Shown here: one piece after another, positions 53,505 to 64,000 of the stretch
Layout: the number at the start of each line of letters is the position of its first letter
Position numbering within the stretch: position 1 is the stretch's first letter
Assembly (NCBI GenBank): GCA_013239625.1
Contig: MU056000.1
Coordinates: 10,241,175 to 10,305,174 of the forward strand
Source: Lama guanicoe
Lineage: Eukaryota
Reading direction: 5' to 3'
Length of the DNA: 64,000 nt
Position numbers and translations under genes: made by a program
Notes under the pieces: model-generated
What the model was told of the DNA's origin: nothing
The model's database searches: none
What the model saw: only the letters and a program-made list of their open reading frames with translations

Positions 53505-55149
53505 GTGGGTCCCTGCCATCACTGCCCACGCCCTCCCGTGCCTGGGTGGCCTGGCTTCGTGCCCCTGTGTTTAGTCGGGAGTTACCGGCTGAGATGCCGG
53601 CGCCTTCTTTTTTAAGCAGCTGGTCTCATTGCGTCCCTTAAGGATCACGTGATATACTTCGACCTCATTAGAAGCCTGTCCTCGTCCCCTCACCAGAGAG
53701 CTGCCTCTCCCCGCTCTGAACCCTTGTGGCACGTCCTGTCACTTGCCGGCGGCTACCTGGTCTCTGTGTTAGATGGGCGGGTGGGAGGACAGGTCGATCC
53801 TTCCCTCCAGATGTAAAATCCTAACAGAGCTTATATCTTCCCCATCTCTGCATCCACTGCCCCACTTGCTCGAGCTTTGAATTAAGCAGGTACTACATCC
53901 CCGCCTGTGCAGCTGAACAGGGTGTGTAATGTGGCAAAGAGAGAGTCAGTTAAATACGCTTAAAAATTATCGTCATAGGTAAAATTTCCACGAATGCTTC
54001 TGTTTAAGAAAGCTATCTTGGTGTTACAGCTTAACTCTAATTTTCAGGCTACACGGAGTTATTTAAAGAAGTGATCCGGCCCCGGGTGCTTTGCCAGCCC
54101 GTCGTCACCGTCAGTCGTGTGGAACAGTACACTAGTTAGGGCGGGGAGCAGCTGTTTGTTACAGATGCCCCCAAAACCAGAGGCCAAGCCGGAACACCCT
54201 TTCTTTCCTTGATGTAAAATCCCGAGCTGGTGGGCGGCCCTCACGAAGTCACCGAGGACTCAGTTGCTGTCCGGCTGGTCTCTCTCCAGCCCCAGGGTGC
54301 TGTCCTGGTTGACCAGGTGCAGGAGATGTCAAGGCCATGGTAGGGCGTTCCATCCAGCAGGCAGTGGGGAGAGAGGGAGGGCAGGAAAAGCATAAAGGGC
54401 AGAAGCTAGAGGTTGTGCCCCGGAGTCTTTCCCGTCGCCGGAGCCTAGGTGAGCGCAGGTGTGGCTCCCTGACCACACAGGGGCTGGGAATCGCTGTGCT
54501 GGTTTGAGCGTCACAGAGGGCAACTTCTAGTACAGAAGAGGGGACGGGTGGAAGCTAGGAGATAACCAGTAACCCCTGCCTCAGTGTGGCCACTTCACGA
54601 CCAGACAGCAGCAGTGAAACCAGCCAGTGGCCAAAGCAAGGCTCAACTTGCTTAAAGAGTTTTGTGCTCAAAGGAGAGAAAATTCCCCAGGGAAGGGTCG
54701 TCAGGGATGTCTCCCTGCAGGAAGGCCAGACCAGGGCCTCAAAGACAGGCTGAGGCTTCAGCAGAATGTCTGGGAAGAGGAGGGTCAGGCTGAGGAGGCA
54801 AAGGGTCGAGACGCAGGCTGAAAGTGGATGGCGGCCAGTGAGGGAGTCCGGGAGCCATTCTGGAAGAAGTCTTGTGCGTGGGAATGCTGTGATGACGGCT
54901 GAGGGGGGAGGGCATTAAAGCAGGTCTCAAATGGTGAGGGTAAAGCTGTGAGGAATCGAAGGGAAGGTGTATGCAGAGCTATGTCATATGGGTCAGTGCT
55001 GGGGAGACTGAAGCCGGAGGGGAAACTGTATTCTGAGATTTAACTGATGGACGTTTTACAGATGTTTCAGTAGCCGTAATGCGGTCTCATGCATCATCTT
55101 TTATTTGCTTTCAAATTGACTGTGCCCTTTTTTTTTCTTCATTTTCTAG

Positions 55150-55340
55150 GGTTTGATGAAAACATTGAGTCTCAGGGAGAACTCATCCTGCAGGAATCCT
55201 TCCAAGTGTGGGACCCGAAAACCTTAATTCGAAAGGGTCGAGAGCGACACCTCTTCCTTTTTGAAATGTCCTTAGTATTTAGCAAAGAAGTGAAAGATTC
55301 CAGTGGGAGAAGCAAGTACCTTTATAAAAGCAAATTGTTT
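55150..55340 (+). CDS. TRIO: TRIO coding exon (~exon 30), PH1, 191 nt
   Basis: tttctag|GG...TTT|gtaagt; FDENIESQGELILQESFQVWDPKTLIRKGRERHLFLFEMSLVFSKEVKDSSGRSKYLYKSKLF. Confidence 0.96.
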
Positions 55341-55508
55341 GTAAGTACAGGCCTTCGAAATTGTAAGTTTAAAGGTAACACAATTGCAGCTTTTTTGCAG
55401 GTAGAGAAAGATTATTGTTTGTTGCCTTCATTTAACCTCCCAAACTGTCCTAAAATGTGAGTCAGAAATTGTCACGGTTTCATCTTCAGTGAAATTATCG
55501 CAGGCTTG

Positions 55509-55527
55509 AGTCCGCTAGAGGGCGCTC
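55509..55527 (+). promoter_or_regulatory. CTCF-like motif
   Basis: agtCCGCTAGAGGGCGCtc. Confidence 0.6.
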
Positions 55528-57321
55528 GTGAGTTTGAGCAGCCCTTGACTTGTGAAACTTTTTCTAAATTCCGTAGAAACTAACTGTGGGATAAGAAAAC
55601 ACTTTGCAAGTGAGCTGAAATCATTTATCTCCCGTGTGCCCTTAACTAGCTTTATATAAATCGACCATATCAGACTGTGGTTAAGTGAGTTCTCATATCA
55701 TCATAATGAGTTTTCCATTCACCAACATTGGAATTTACTTAAGCAGCCTTATAGGGTGGCTCATTGTGGGCTGTTAATGATGAGATTTGGGGGTTTTTTC
55801 GCTAAAAATAAATCTATGAAAAATAGATTTACAGTTCTTTACAGCAACAAAGTATGGCTATTAGAGAAAATGTCTGTGAGCAAAAATAGTTTTCAAGATC
55901 CACAACCCCAGCTGCCTAGCGACAGTCTCCCTCGAGTGCTTGGTAGACACAGTGATGCATTTGAATTCTTACTTCGCTTGTCAGTGTACTTCCTGGCAAG
56001 AGAAACGTATGTGGTACCTTTTTTCCACTGGTGGCAACCCCAACCAAGTCTCTGTAAACCACAAGACAACTCTCAGAAAAGTCTTGGGCAGGTGTTGTCC
56101 TCTGGGTGCTCTGACCTCCATCTTCCCTTTGTGGTCATGATCTCAGAGGGCTCAGCACAGGACTGCTGGGCAGGGTCGGGCAGGGGCCAGTGGGCAAAAC
56201 GAAGGAAAATCACAATCAGAGAAACAATAGACAATGCAGTAGAATTTGGTTTCTTCTTCACAAGTTATGACAGAGCACTTAGACACATTGGTAGATACTT
56301 GGAATTGGGACAACTTATATGTTATACATTTTTATGACACCCATGTATTAATCAAATTCCCAAAGTAACAGAATACTACCCAGTGCAGAAATCATCTTAA
56401 TAATAATCTGGAATTTGCAAGTTCAAACTAATGATTTTCATACCATTTTCTTTGGCTTGTATCCTGTTTGAGATTGTCTTCTGGATCACCGCCCACCTTA
56501 CATCATTTTAGATCATATTGTAACTGGACAGAAAAAATGCAGCCTTACTGGCTGGTCATTTCACTAGCTGGCTTTAATCAGTCCTTAGAGACCAAGCTGG
56601 TCTGTTTTAGAAGCTGATACATCTTCACTTAATTTATCTTTTAAAAGTTAAGCTCCCCTCAGAGGACACGATGATGAATCACTTCCTCTGCTGGGGTGGG
56701 GAAGAGAACACACTGGGGTGAACTTGATTGTGGGGGAGGGGCTGAAGATGTTGGCCTTCATCTCTGCTCTTCCGTGTTCTGCACGTTGCAGATGCATGTA
56801 TTACAGAGAGAAAGTTCATCTCAGCCATTAAAGTTATTGGTGAACTACTAAAGCTTAACGCTGTGGATGAACACATCGGAAAATAACTGAGCTTTAAAAC
56901 ATCATTTGTCTTCTGTGAAACTACTTCCTTAATGAAAATACACAGTGGCAGCTCTTTTGCAACTGGAACAGACAAATTTTACTGTTTGTCAGGTTGAAAA
57001 TAGACAACTCTTGATTTTCCAGATAATGACGTTTTCGAATAGTTTGGTTTTCTTCTTCATTTGCTGGTTGACTCGCATCAGGATCTCTAGACGAGGTACT
57101 CAGAGGAAGTGAAAGAGATTAAGCCAATTGTGTGTAGCCTAAGAACAAAATTGTATCATTTTAACTCAAGTGAGAGCTAAGGATTATGTATCAACGTGAA
57201 CAAACTATGATGTTATAACCTAGCATGATCACAAGTCACCAGAAATGATTTTTTTAGTCTTTGTTCTATATCCTGCCAGAATTGTACTGTCACCTAACTA
57301 TATGATTGTCTCTTTATGCAG

Positions 57322-57423
57322 ACCTCAGAGTTGGGTGTCACAGAACACGTTGAAGGAGATCCTTGCAAATTTGCATTGTGGGTGGGGAGGACGCCAACCT
57401 CAGATAATAAAATTGTCCTTAAG
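57322..57423 (+). CDS. TRIO: TRIO coding exon (~exon 31), PH1, 102 nt
   Basis: tatgcag|ACC...AAG|gtacgt; TSELGVTEHVEGDPCKFALWVGRTPTSDNKIVLK. Confidence 0.96.
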
Positions 57424-58791
57424 GTACGTCTGTTTGAAGTTTGGAACTGTGCTTTGTGACAAGTTTATCTATGTATACTTTTTCCTGTTGTTGGACCTGT
57501 TGGTTTTCATGGCCTTTGATTTGTTCTGTCCGTGCTCTGTTGAGATTGGTGATTACCACAGAAAGAACAGTGGAATAAATCCGGTCTGATGTTCTAGTAG
57601 TGAAGTAATCTGAGCTAAACAGTTGCTTGCCCACCAAGAAAGCAGGTGGAGAAAGGTCTTTCCAAGTGTCTCCATTCTCCCAGTCTTGCAGAGAATTGGG
57701 TGATTCCATAAGAGGTACAGAAAGTTGAGAAACAGAAGGAGGAAGACATGGACCAGTAGCTCCCGTTGTACACTTGACCTCTGGTTTTCAGAGGAAAACA
57801 GGCACCTGATGAATTTGTGAGGGCCTTTGACAGTTTCAAGGCTGCGCGGGCCAGGAGTCTTCACGGGGTCCTAGACTCTGGCTTTCTAATTTGGAGGCAG
57901 ATGAAAAAGAGGGGGTGATGATCGGGTACAGTGTTCAAAACGCTGTGGGTGCTTTGCACACTGTCTTTGAGGGAGGAATATATCTTTGAATATTTGATTT
58001 GAACTCTGTTTTGATTGTACAGATCTCTCCTAGGAGTGATACAGGGCTCTGGGGTGTCTTTTGGGCTTCCCTCCTTCTGCCTTTGAGAAGATACAGATGG
58101 AACTGTCTTGTTGAGCTGTCTGGAAAGACCATAAGCGACTTCAGGATGTTTTGGGGCAGATGTAGTGGAAGATTTGTAGAATATTGGGAGACGAGCCAGA
58201 AGCTTAATGGGCCTCTGGTGTGGGGACTTGCATGTCAGCAGTTTTGTCCCTTGCATTCCTTTTAATCTCTCTACGGTATTTCCAGCAACTGTGAGTTTTT
58301 CAAGCAGACATCGCCTGTGCTTTAGTGACCGCTGACCGTGGAGCCATTGTGTTCCTAAGGTCTTTATTCTCATGGAAATGATGGATTGTTTTGTGATGAC
58401 TATATGATTACTAACCCAGCGTGTTCTTGTTAGACTGGCGTGAAGCCCTAAAAAATGTAAATTGCACTGATAGCGAAATATTAGATAGCTGAGCTCTTTT
58501 AAGGCATAGAATTTTAAAGTATACTCAAGGCCTTAAAATGTCCAACTGAAGCTGAGTATTTATCCAGATTAACTGCAGTGACAAAAGCCAAAGGGTGCAT
58601 CTGAGAAAAAGTGCCAGATATGGACTACGTTCATATAGGATGTGATAAGATATTCATGATGCAATCGGAGAGTAAGTCTTCCTGCAGGTTTTACCAGATG
58701 GAAGTTTTCTAGGGGATTTAGGGTAATATTTTTCTGGCTTCTAGTGAGAGACTAAAGGAGATGATGTCCCCATTAATTTCAGGGATTGCTT

Positions 58792-58945
58792 TGTGGTGCT
58801 GATGCTGGTGCTGGTGGTGGTGGATATTTTAGCAGCGGTTCTGGCGGCTGTGGTCTAGACGGTGGTGAGGGTGTAGACAGTGGTAGAGATGGTGATGGTG
58901 TAGATGGTGGTGACAGTAATGGTGGCAATGACAGAGCTGTGATGG
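58792..58945. repeat. Degenerate (GGT/GAT)n low-complexity tract
   Basis: gtggtgctgatgctggtgctggtggtggtgg...gatggtgatggtgtagatggtggtgacagtaatggtggc. Confidence 0.8.
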
Positions 58946-60572
58946 CCTGGTCTTTGTAGAACTAAATTGTGACCTTTTTTACCTTTATAGTTGGAAAGGG
59001 GAATTTTATTTCTAAATTCTTTCTCAAGCAGATCAAGATACCAAGACTATGGAACAAATTATTCCCTCCTCTTATCCAGGGGGACCTTTTACTTCGCCCT
59101 TTAGGTGGTTACCTTTCTCATACTGCTCCTGAAAAATTAGTACCTTTTATCCTCATCTAGTTTCTATAAGGTTAGGAGAATTGCTCTCGATAAATGTCAT
59201 TCTCCATTGTCTCCAAACTCTGCCAAGTGTTCTTTTCAGATACTTCGGTTTGTTTAACCTCCCAAATGTGTGTGTCAAGCATTTAAATTCTAATAGTTCT
59301 GTGTTGTTCACAGTTTTCCATCTGAGATGCGTATTTCATGCACAGACTCCCCTGTTCCCTAATCACCCTGCCTCCTACCCCAGAAGAAATGGGTTTTACT
59401 GCTCTCTTGACATCTGATCTGGGAAGAGGAGCAAGAGGCTCCTTTTTCCTGCATTTCTTTCCCTGTTCGTCCCCTAAACAACTTTGAAGACACATCTTCC
59501 GTTAAAACATTTTATTTAGAAAGAGCATTCTCGATTTTAATTTCCTTTCCCAGCATGGGCTCTAACTGTATTTTCAAGAACACAGTGCTCCATGAGGAAG
59601 CGCTGGGTTCTCCTCCCTTCGTGATCTCATCCGTAATCCCACTGACAATTGTTTTAATCCTTTACAGGGAATTGTGCTTATATCGTAGGAGGTTGATGCT
59701 TTCCGTAAGGAAATTTAAAACTGTTACTAAGGCCTAGAACATGTTTTTTTTTAAAAAAAAACAAAAACAAAACCCTCTTTTGAGGTGCAGTGAAAGGAAA
59801 AAATCTGGAAAAAGTGATGCCGTATGTATTCATTCAACAAATGCTTGTTAGTATCTGCTACGTGTCGTTGTCAGAGACCCTCCCTTCAGAGCTGCGGGGA
59901 GGTGAGGGAAATCCGCTCGTGTCATTGGCAATGGGTCACCCTGGTCTATCCCAGTGGTATAACCAGAGGTAGCTACACACAGAGTTTTGTGGGGACGGGC
60001 TCAGGCGTCCACCGCCCAGAAATTCCGGCTTGTTCACCTGCTGGCAGCGTGACCCTGGGCACATTTCTAGTGTGTCCATGCCGCAGTTCCTCATTTATAA
60101 CAGGAGGATCAGGGAGGCCCCAGCTCCACAGGGTGTGAGTGGGTGCAGTCCTGGGGGCAAGGCGGCCAGATGTGTGGGTGTGCATTCACATCCCTGCTGA
60201 CCCTCCATGGGCTGCTGACCACTTGTCTTCGCCTAAAGGACCTCAGGACACTTGGGTTTGAGGGGTGATTGTGTTTTCATATTTACCCGGGGTTGTTTAA
60301 AAGGTCATGGGGCTGGGAAAGGATAGATTACTACAATTTTCAGAGACCTGGAATAATATGAACGCTATAAAATAAAAACGGGTATGATGATAAAATATTC
60401 AAGATCAGGGTCATTTATTTGGTGGCAAATTAAACGCAGGATGTGGTTGCTTTTCTGCTGAGAAGTTATTTTTAAAACGGGTGACTCAAGGAGCGCGGGG
60501 CCCTGAGTGTGGTGAGTGCAGGGTCTGGAAAGGGCCCCTCTGTGTCCTGATCGACTCTAACACCTTGTCAAG

Positions 60573-60715
60573 GCCTCCAGTATAGAGAACAAGCAAGACT
60601 GGATCAAGCACATCCGGGAGGTGATCCAGGAGAGAACCATCCACCTGAAAGGCGCCCTGAAGGAGCCCATCCACATCCCCAAGACGGCTCCGGCGGCCAG
60701 ACAGAGGGGGAGGAG
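60573..60715 (+). CDS. TRIO: TRIO coding exon (~exon 32), end of PH1, 143 nt
   Basis: tgtcaag|GCC...AGGAG|gtgcgt; ASSIENKQDWIKHIREVIQERTIHLKGALKEPIHIPKTAPAARQRGR. Confidence 0.94.
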
Positions 60716-61085
60716 GTGCGTGCCGGGGGCTTTTTCCTACACTTGTTTTCCCATAAGGAACAAGGCGATGGTAACTTACTCTTTTTCACAAATCATTTTT
60801 CTTAAATATTTTGAAGAATATTTTTTTTAAAAATGAAGTTCATATATAACATCATTTCTAGAAAAGAAATTGGTTAAAGATGAGAACCCCTTTGACAGGA
60901 GGAGGTGCGTGCCGGGGGCTTTTTCCTACACTTGTTTTCCCATAAGGAACAAGGCGATGGTAACTTACTCTTTTTCACAAATCATTTTTCTTAAATATTT
61001 TGAAGAATATTTTTTTTAAAAATGCAGTTCATATATAACATCATTCCTAGTAATGAAATTGCTTCAAGATGAGAACCCCTTTGAC
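60709..61085. repeat. Direct tandem duplication, 2 x 188 bp, single 'a' spacer, includes exon 32 donor
   Basis: 60709-60896 vs 60898-61085; six mismatches, all in the last ~62 bp. Confidence 0.97.
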
Positions 61086-61169
61086 TTAAAGTAAATGAAG
61101 GTCTGCATGCAAATCCCTAATCATGTCCCTTTTCCCCCGAAGTGTTGATCTGTGCACATGTGTCAGTCG

Positions 61170-61300
61170 TGCATGTGACCTTGGACAAGTTACGTAGCTT
61201 CCCATTTCTAAAATGGCAGTGATCATACAACTGTATTTCATTATCGTGAGAACTCAATGAGATGATAGATTTTAGACATTCAGCCCGGTGCCTGGCAAAA
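61170..61300 (+). mobile_element. MIR SINE fragment
   Basis: tgtgaccttggacaagttac...tttctaaaatggcagtgat...gtgagaactcaatgagatgata...cccggtgcctggca. Confidence 0.65.
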
Positions 61301-61496
61301 AGCCTGTCCTCAGGGAAGAGTCATTATCACTGTGTGTGACTGTATTACCATCATTAATACAGTGGTGGCAGCCGCAGTCACGCAGACTGATTTGCACCTC
61401 TGAACAAATCTGTTATTTCTCCAATGGCTGGTAGACAGTCTTCACAAGTCTTAAAAAACAAATCCGGCGGTGTCAAGAATTTCTTTGTATCTCCAG

Positions 61497-61596
61497 GGAT
61501 GGAGAGGATCTGGATAGCCAGGGTGACGGCAGCAGCCAGCCTGATACCATTTCAATTGCCTCCCGGACGTCTCAGAACACGCTGGACAGTGACAAG
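61497..61596 (+). CDS. TRIO: TRIO coding exon (~exon 33), PH1-SH3 linker, 100 nt
   Basis: tctccag|G...AAG|gtaagc; DGEDLDSQGDGSSQPDTISIASRTSQNTLDSDK. Confidence 0.96.
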
Positions 61597-64000
61597 GTAA
61601 GCTGGAACCAGCCCTTTCTTTGGAGAGGTGAATGTAGCCAGTCTCTGGTCTGAGATGAAATTGCCCCTTTCTACCCCTAAATGTCAGTTTGTCATCAACA
61701 TTTCAGACAGCAGCCACGGGTTAAGAGAGGCGCCAGGACATGGTACCAGGAGCAAAGATTTGGAGTGTCAGGGCTAGAAGATGTTGACGTGTCTTCATGG
61801 GTTCAGAAAAATCACCTGCCCGTCTCGGTGCTGTTGCACGGTTTTCCAACAGGGTGTTCCAAGGCTGCTGTTGTGTTTTATGTTAAGCAGGAGAACCCTT
61901 TATTTTAAATTAGATCTTACACAGAGCTCTGGTGCCTGGAAGCGGGGCTGCTCTGATTGAAGCAGGGGCACTGGCATGCTGGTTGGACATGAGGCACCCT
62001 TTCAGAGCACAGGCAGCGCCCCTGGCCTGGGCCTGCCCCCTGCTGACCACTGGGAGGGAGCACGTGACCTGCAGCACAGAAGTCTGCAGGGATGCCTTCT
62101 ACAGCGGTGGCCTGGACTGTCCTGTGATTCTGTCTTGGTAGAACCAAAAAACATATAAGATAAACTGACAGGAGCAGTTGGAATCCTGGGCTTATGTGAT
62201 GCAGAGATGCCCAGAGTCCCCTGTAAAAGCCATTGGGGACATTGCTGTCAGCAGGGGCCTCTGTTCCTACTGAGATGCGCACCTGTTCGAGTCCAAGTTC
62301 TTAAATTATTTGACAACATGTAGGGGTTTCAGTGTACTTGCCCTCGGTTCAGAACTGCCAGGTTTCTTGCTGTCTGATATGAGCTGTGCTTTCCTACACG
62401 AGGCCTCGGTCGCCCCCACGAGATGTGGGCGCCTGCCCCATGCACAGTCCCCACAGCCCGCTCACTATCTGACCACATCATGTGGAAGCAGTTACTGACG
62501 GAGGGGAGAGTCCAGTGTGGGGGATGCTCCAGATGGCCAGTCTAGAGTCCCAGGCTTTGGGCTCTTCTCACTCGTTTTTGCAGAATTCATGGTATTGAAG
62601 GTTGTTTCCAGAACAGAAATAAGTTGGTTTAAAATTTTTGTTTTCCTACAATGATTTTATTTTCAGAATCCTCCTGATTTGAGTGATCAGCTCTTTCCCA
62701 ACCTACTTTTTGAGGTCACTATGTCATAAGTCCTAGAACTTGGAATGCTTAGAGTAATAGGACTAGAGAATAGAAATAATGGCTCACTTGATTTTGTTCA
62801 GAGCTCAGTGTATTAGCATTCAGCAAATATTTCCTGCCTGTAGTAATAATGAGGAAGAAGATAAATTGAGACGTTCAGGCATCTGGCATCTAATAGCATC
62901 TCTCCCTGCGGACCCACCCACAGTCATTTAGTTAAGAAAATAAAATTGGAACTTGGAAGTATTTCATCAGAGTAATCCTCATTATTTTCTTTTAAAAAAA
63001 TAATAATTGAGGTGACTGAGTCATCTAAACAGTTACATGAGACTTCCACCTGAAGAAAAGTGAGGAAAAATTCTGGCTCATGACTGAGGGGGCTGGGGAC
63101 GGGCCACTCCATCCGGGCCGTTTCCCGGCCTCCCCGTGGGTGAGCCCGCAGTCCCAGTGGAGGCCCATCGAGCCCAGGCTCAGTCTCACTGGGTATCCCC
63201 TCATGGGTCTGGTCTGGGTTCACCCAAGAAATAAGTTGAGAAGTTTATTTTAAAAAGGAAGGTATTTGAATGAAATTCATGGAGAAAAATAAATGTAAAA
63301 AGTTCTGCCTTTGGAAGGTACATTGAGACTTTTCTGGAGGTGGATCCGAGAAGAAAGAATAACTTGGTTTCTCAGGTGGTTTGCGTGTAAATGGGTGGTG
63401 GTGGGTGTCCAGAAGTGCCCCGTGTCTGGGAAGGGGCTCCTGACTCTCCAGCTCCCCACCCTGGAGGGAGCCACCAGCGCCAGGCGTCTGCCACGTGGAG
63501 AGGCCGTGTGCTAGTTCCGGGGCACCCTGGTCCCCACCGTGCGGCTGCCTCCAGTCACAGGAGGTTCGCCACAGAAAGAAGACCCTGTCCCGGGGTCAGG
63601 GTGCATTAACTAGTTGACTTCGGATCAGTTACAGCAGGACAGGTTCTGTGCTCTCGGAGCGGAGGCTGCACAGCTGCTGTGGGAAAATATGGCACCATCC
63701 TGGGACTGTCGCTATGAGGACAGCAGATTTTGGCACCCAGTGAGAGAGAGAGAGTGAGTCACTAACAGAAGTGCAGGTTTGTAGAAAGTAATCATTCTAC
63801 TGGGGTATGAGAATTTTTAAAGAACCGCCTATAAAGTTTTTTGTCTGTGACGATTACTTACCAGTTTCTGTTTACCTCACCTAACACGTCATCTCTGAAC
63901 TTTGTCCCATGGCCCAGAAATGCCTCAGGAGCCCCTTCTGCACGTCACTCCTCCACCCATGCTTGTCACAGGTCGGCCGCTCTCAGCTTAACGTTCTCAT

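Noticed and set aside
55756..56337. 193-aa intronic ORF in intron 30
   Set aside because: No domain similarity, composition unlike a real protein, no convincing splice sites in phase with TRIO.

Overview
Mammalian genomic DNA, most likely from a camelid (it carries a Vic-1-like tRNA-derived SINE). The whole window lies inside the + strand TRIO gene (Trio Rho guanine nucleotide exchange factor). I could assemble 22 consecutive coding exons (17788-61596; 2913 nt = 971 codons, splice phases all consistent). They correspond to about human exons 12-33 (numbering from recall) and encode the distal spectrin repeats, the DH1-PH1 (GEF1, Rac1/RhoG) module and the linker before SH3-1. The first 17.8 kb and last 2.4 kb are intronic. 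Introns contain ordinary L1, L2, MIR, MLT1, MER/Tigger repeats and microsatellites. Most notable observations: (1) a candidate alternative first coding exon in intron 20 (Kozak ATG, 36 open codons, perfect GTAAGT donor, in phase with exon 21) that would give a Trio lacking almost all autoinhibitory spectrin repeats; (2) a GC-AG intron 21; (3) intron-33 read-through ending in a class I PDZ-type motif (-SLV*) at the junction where Kalirin-7 gains its PDZ tail; (4) a candidate poison/terminal exon in intron 30; (5) five co-oriented CTCF-like motifs; (6) two near-perfect tandem duplications, each joined by a single 'a', probably assembly artefacts. Nearly all other ORFs in the supplied track are spurious.
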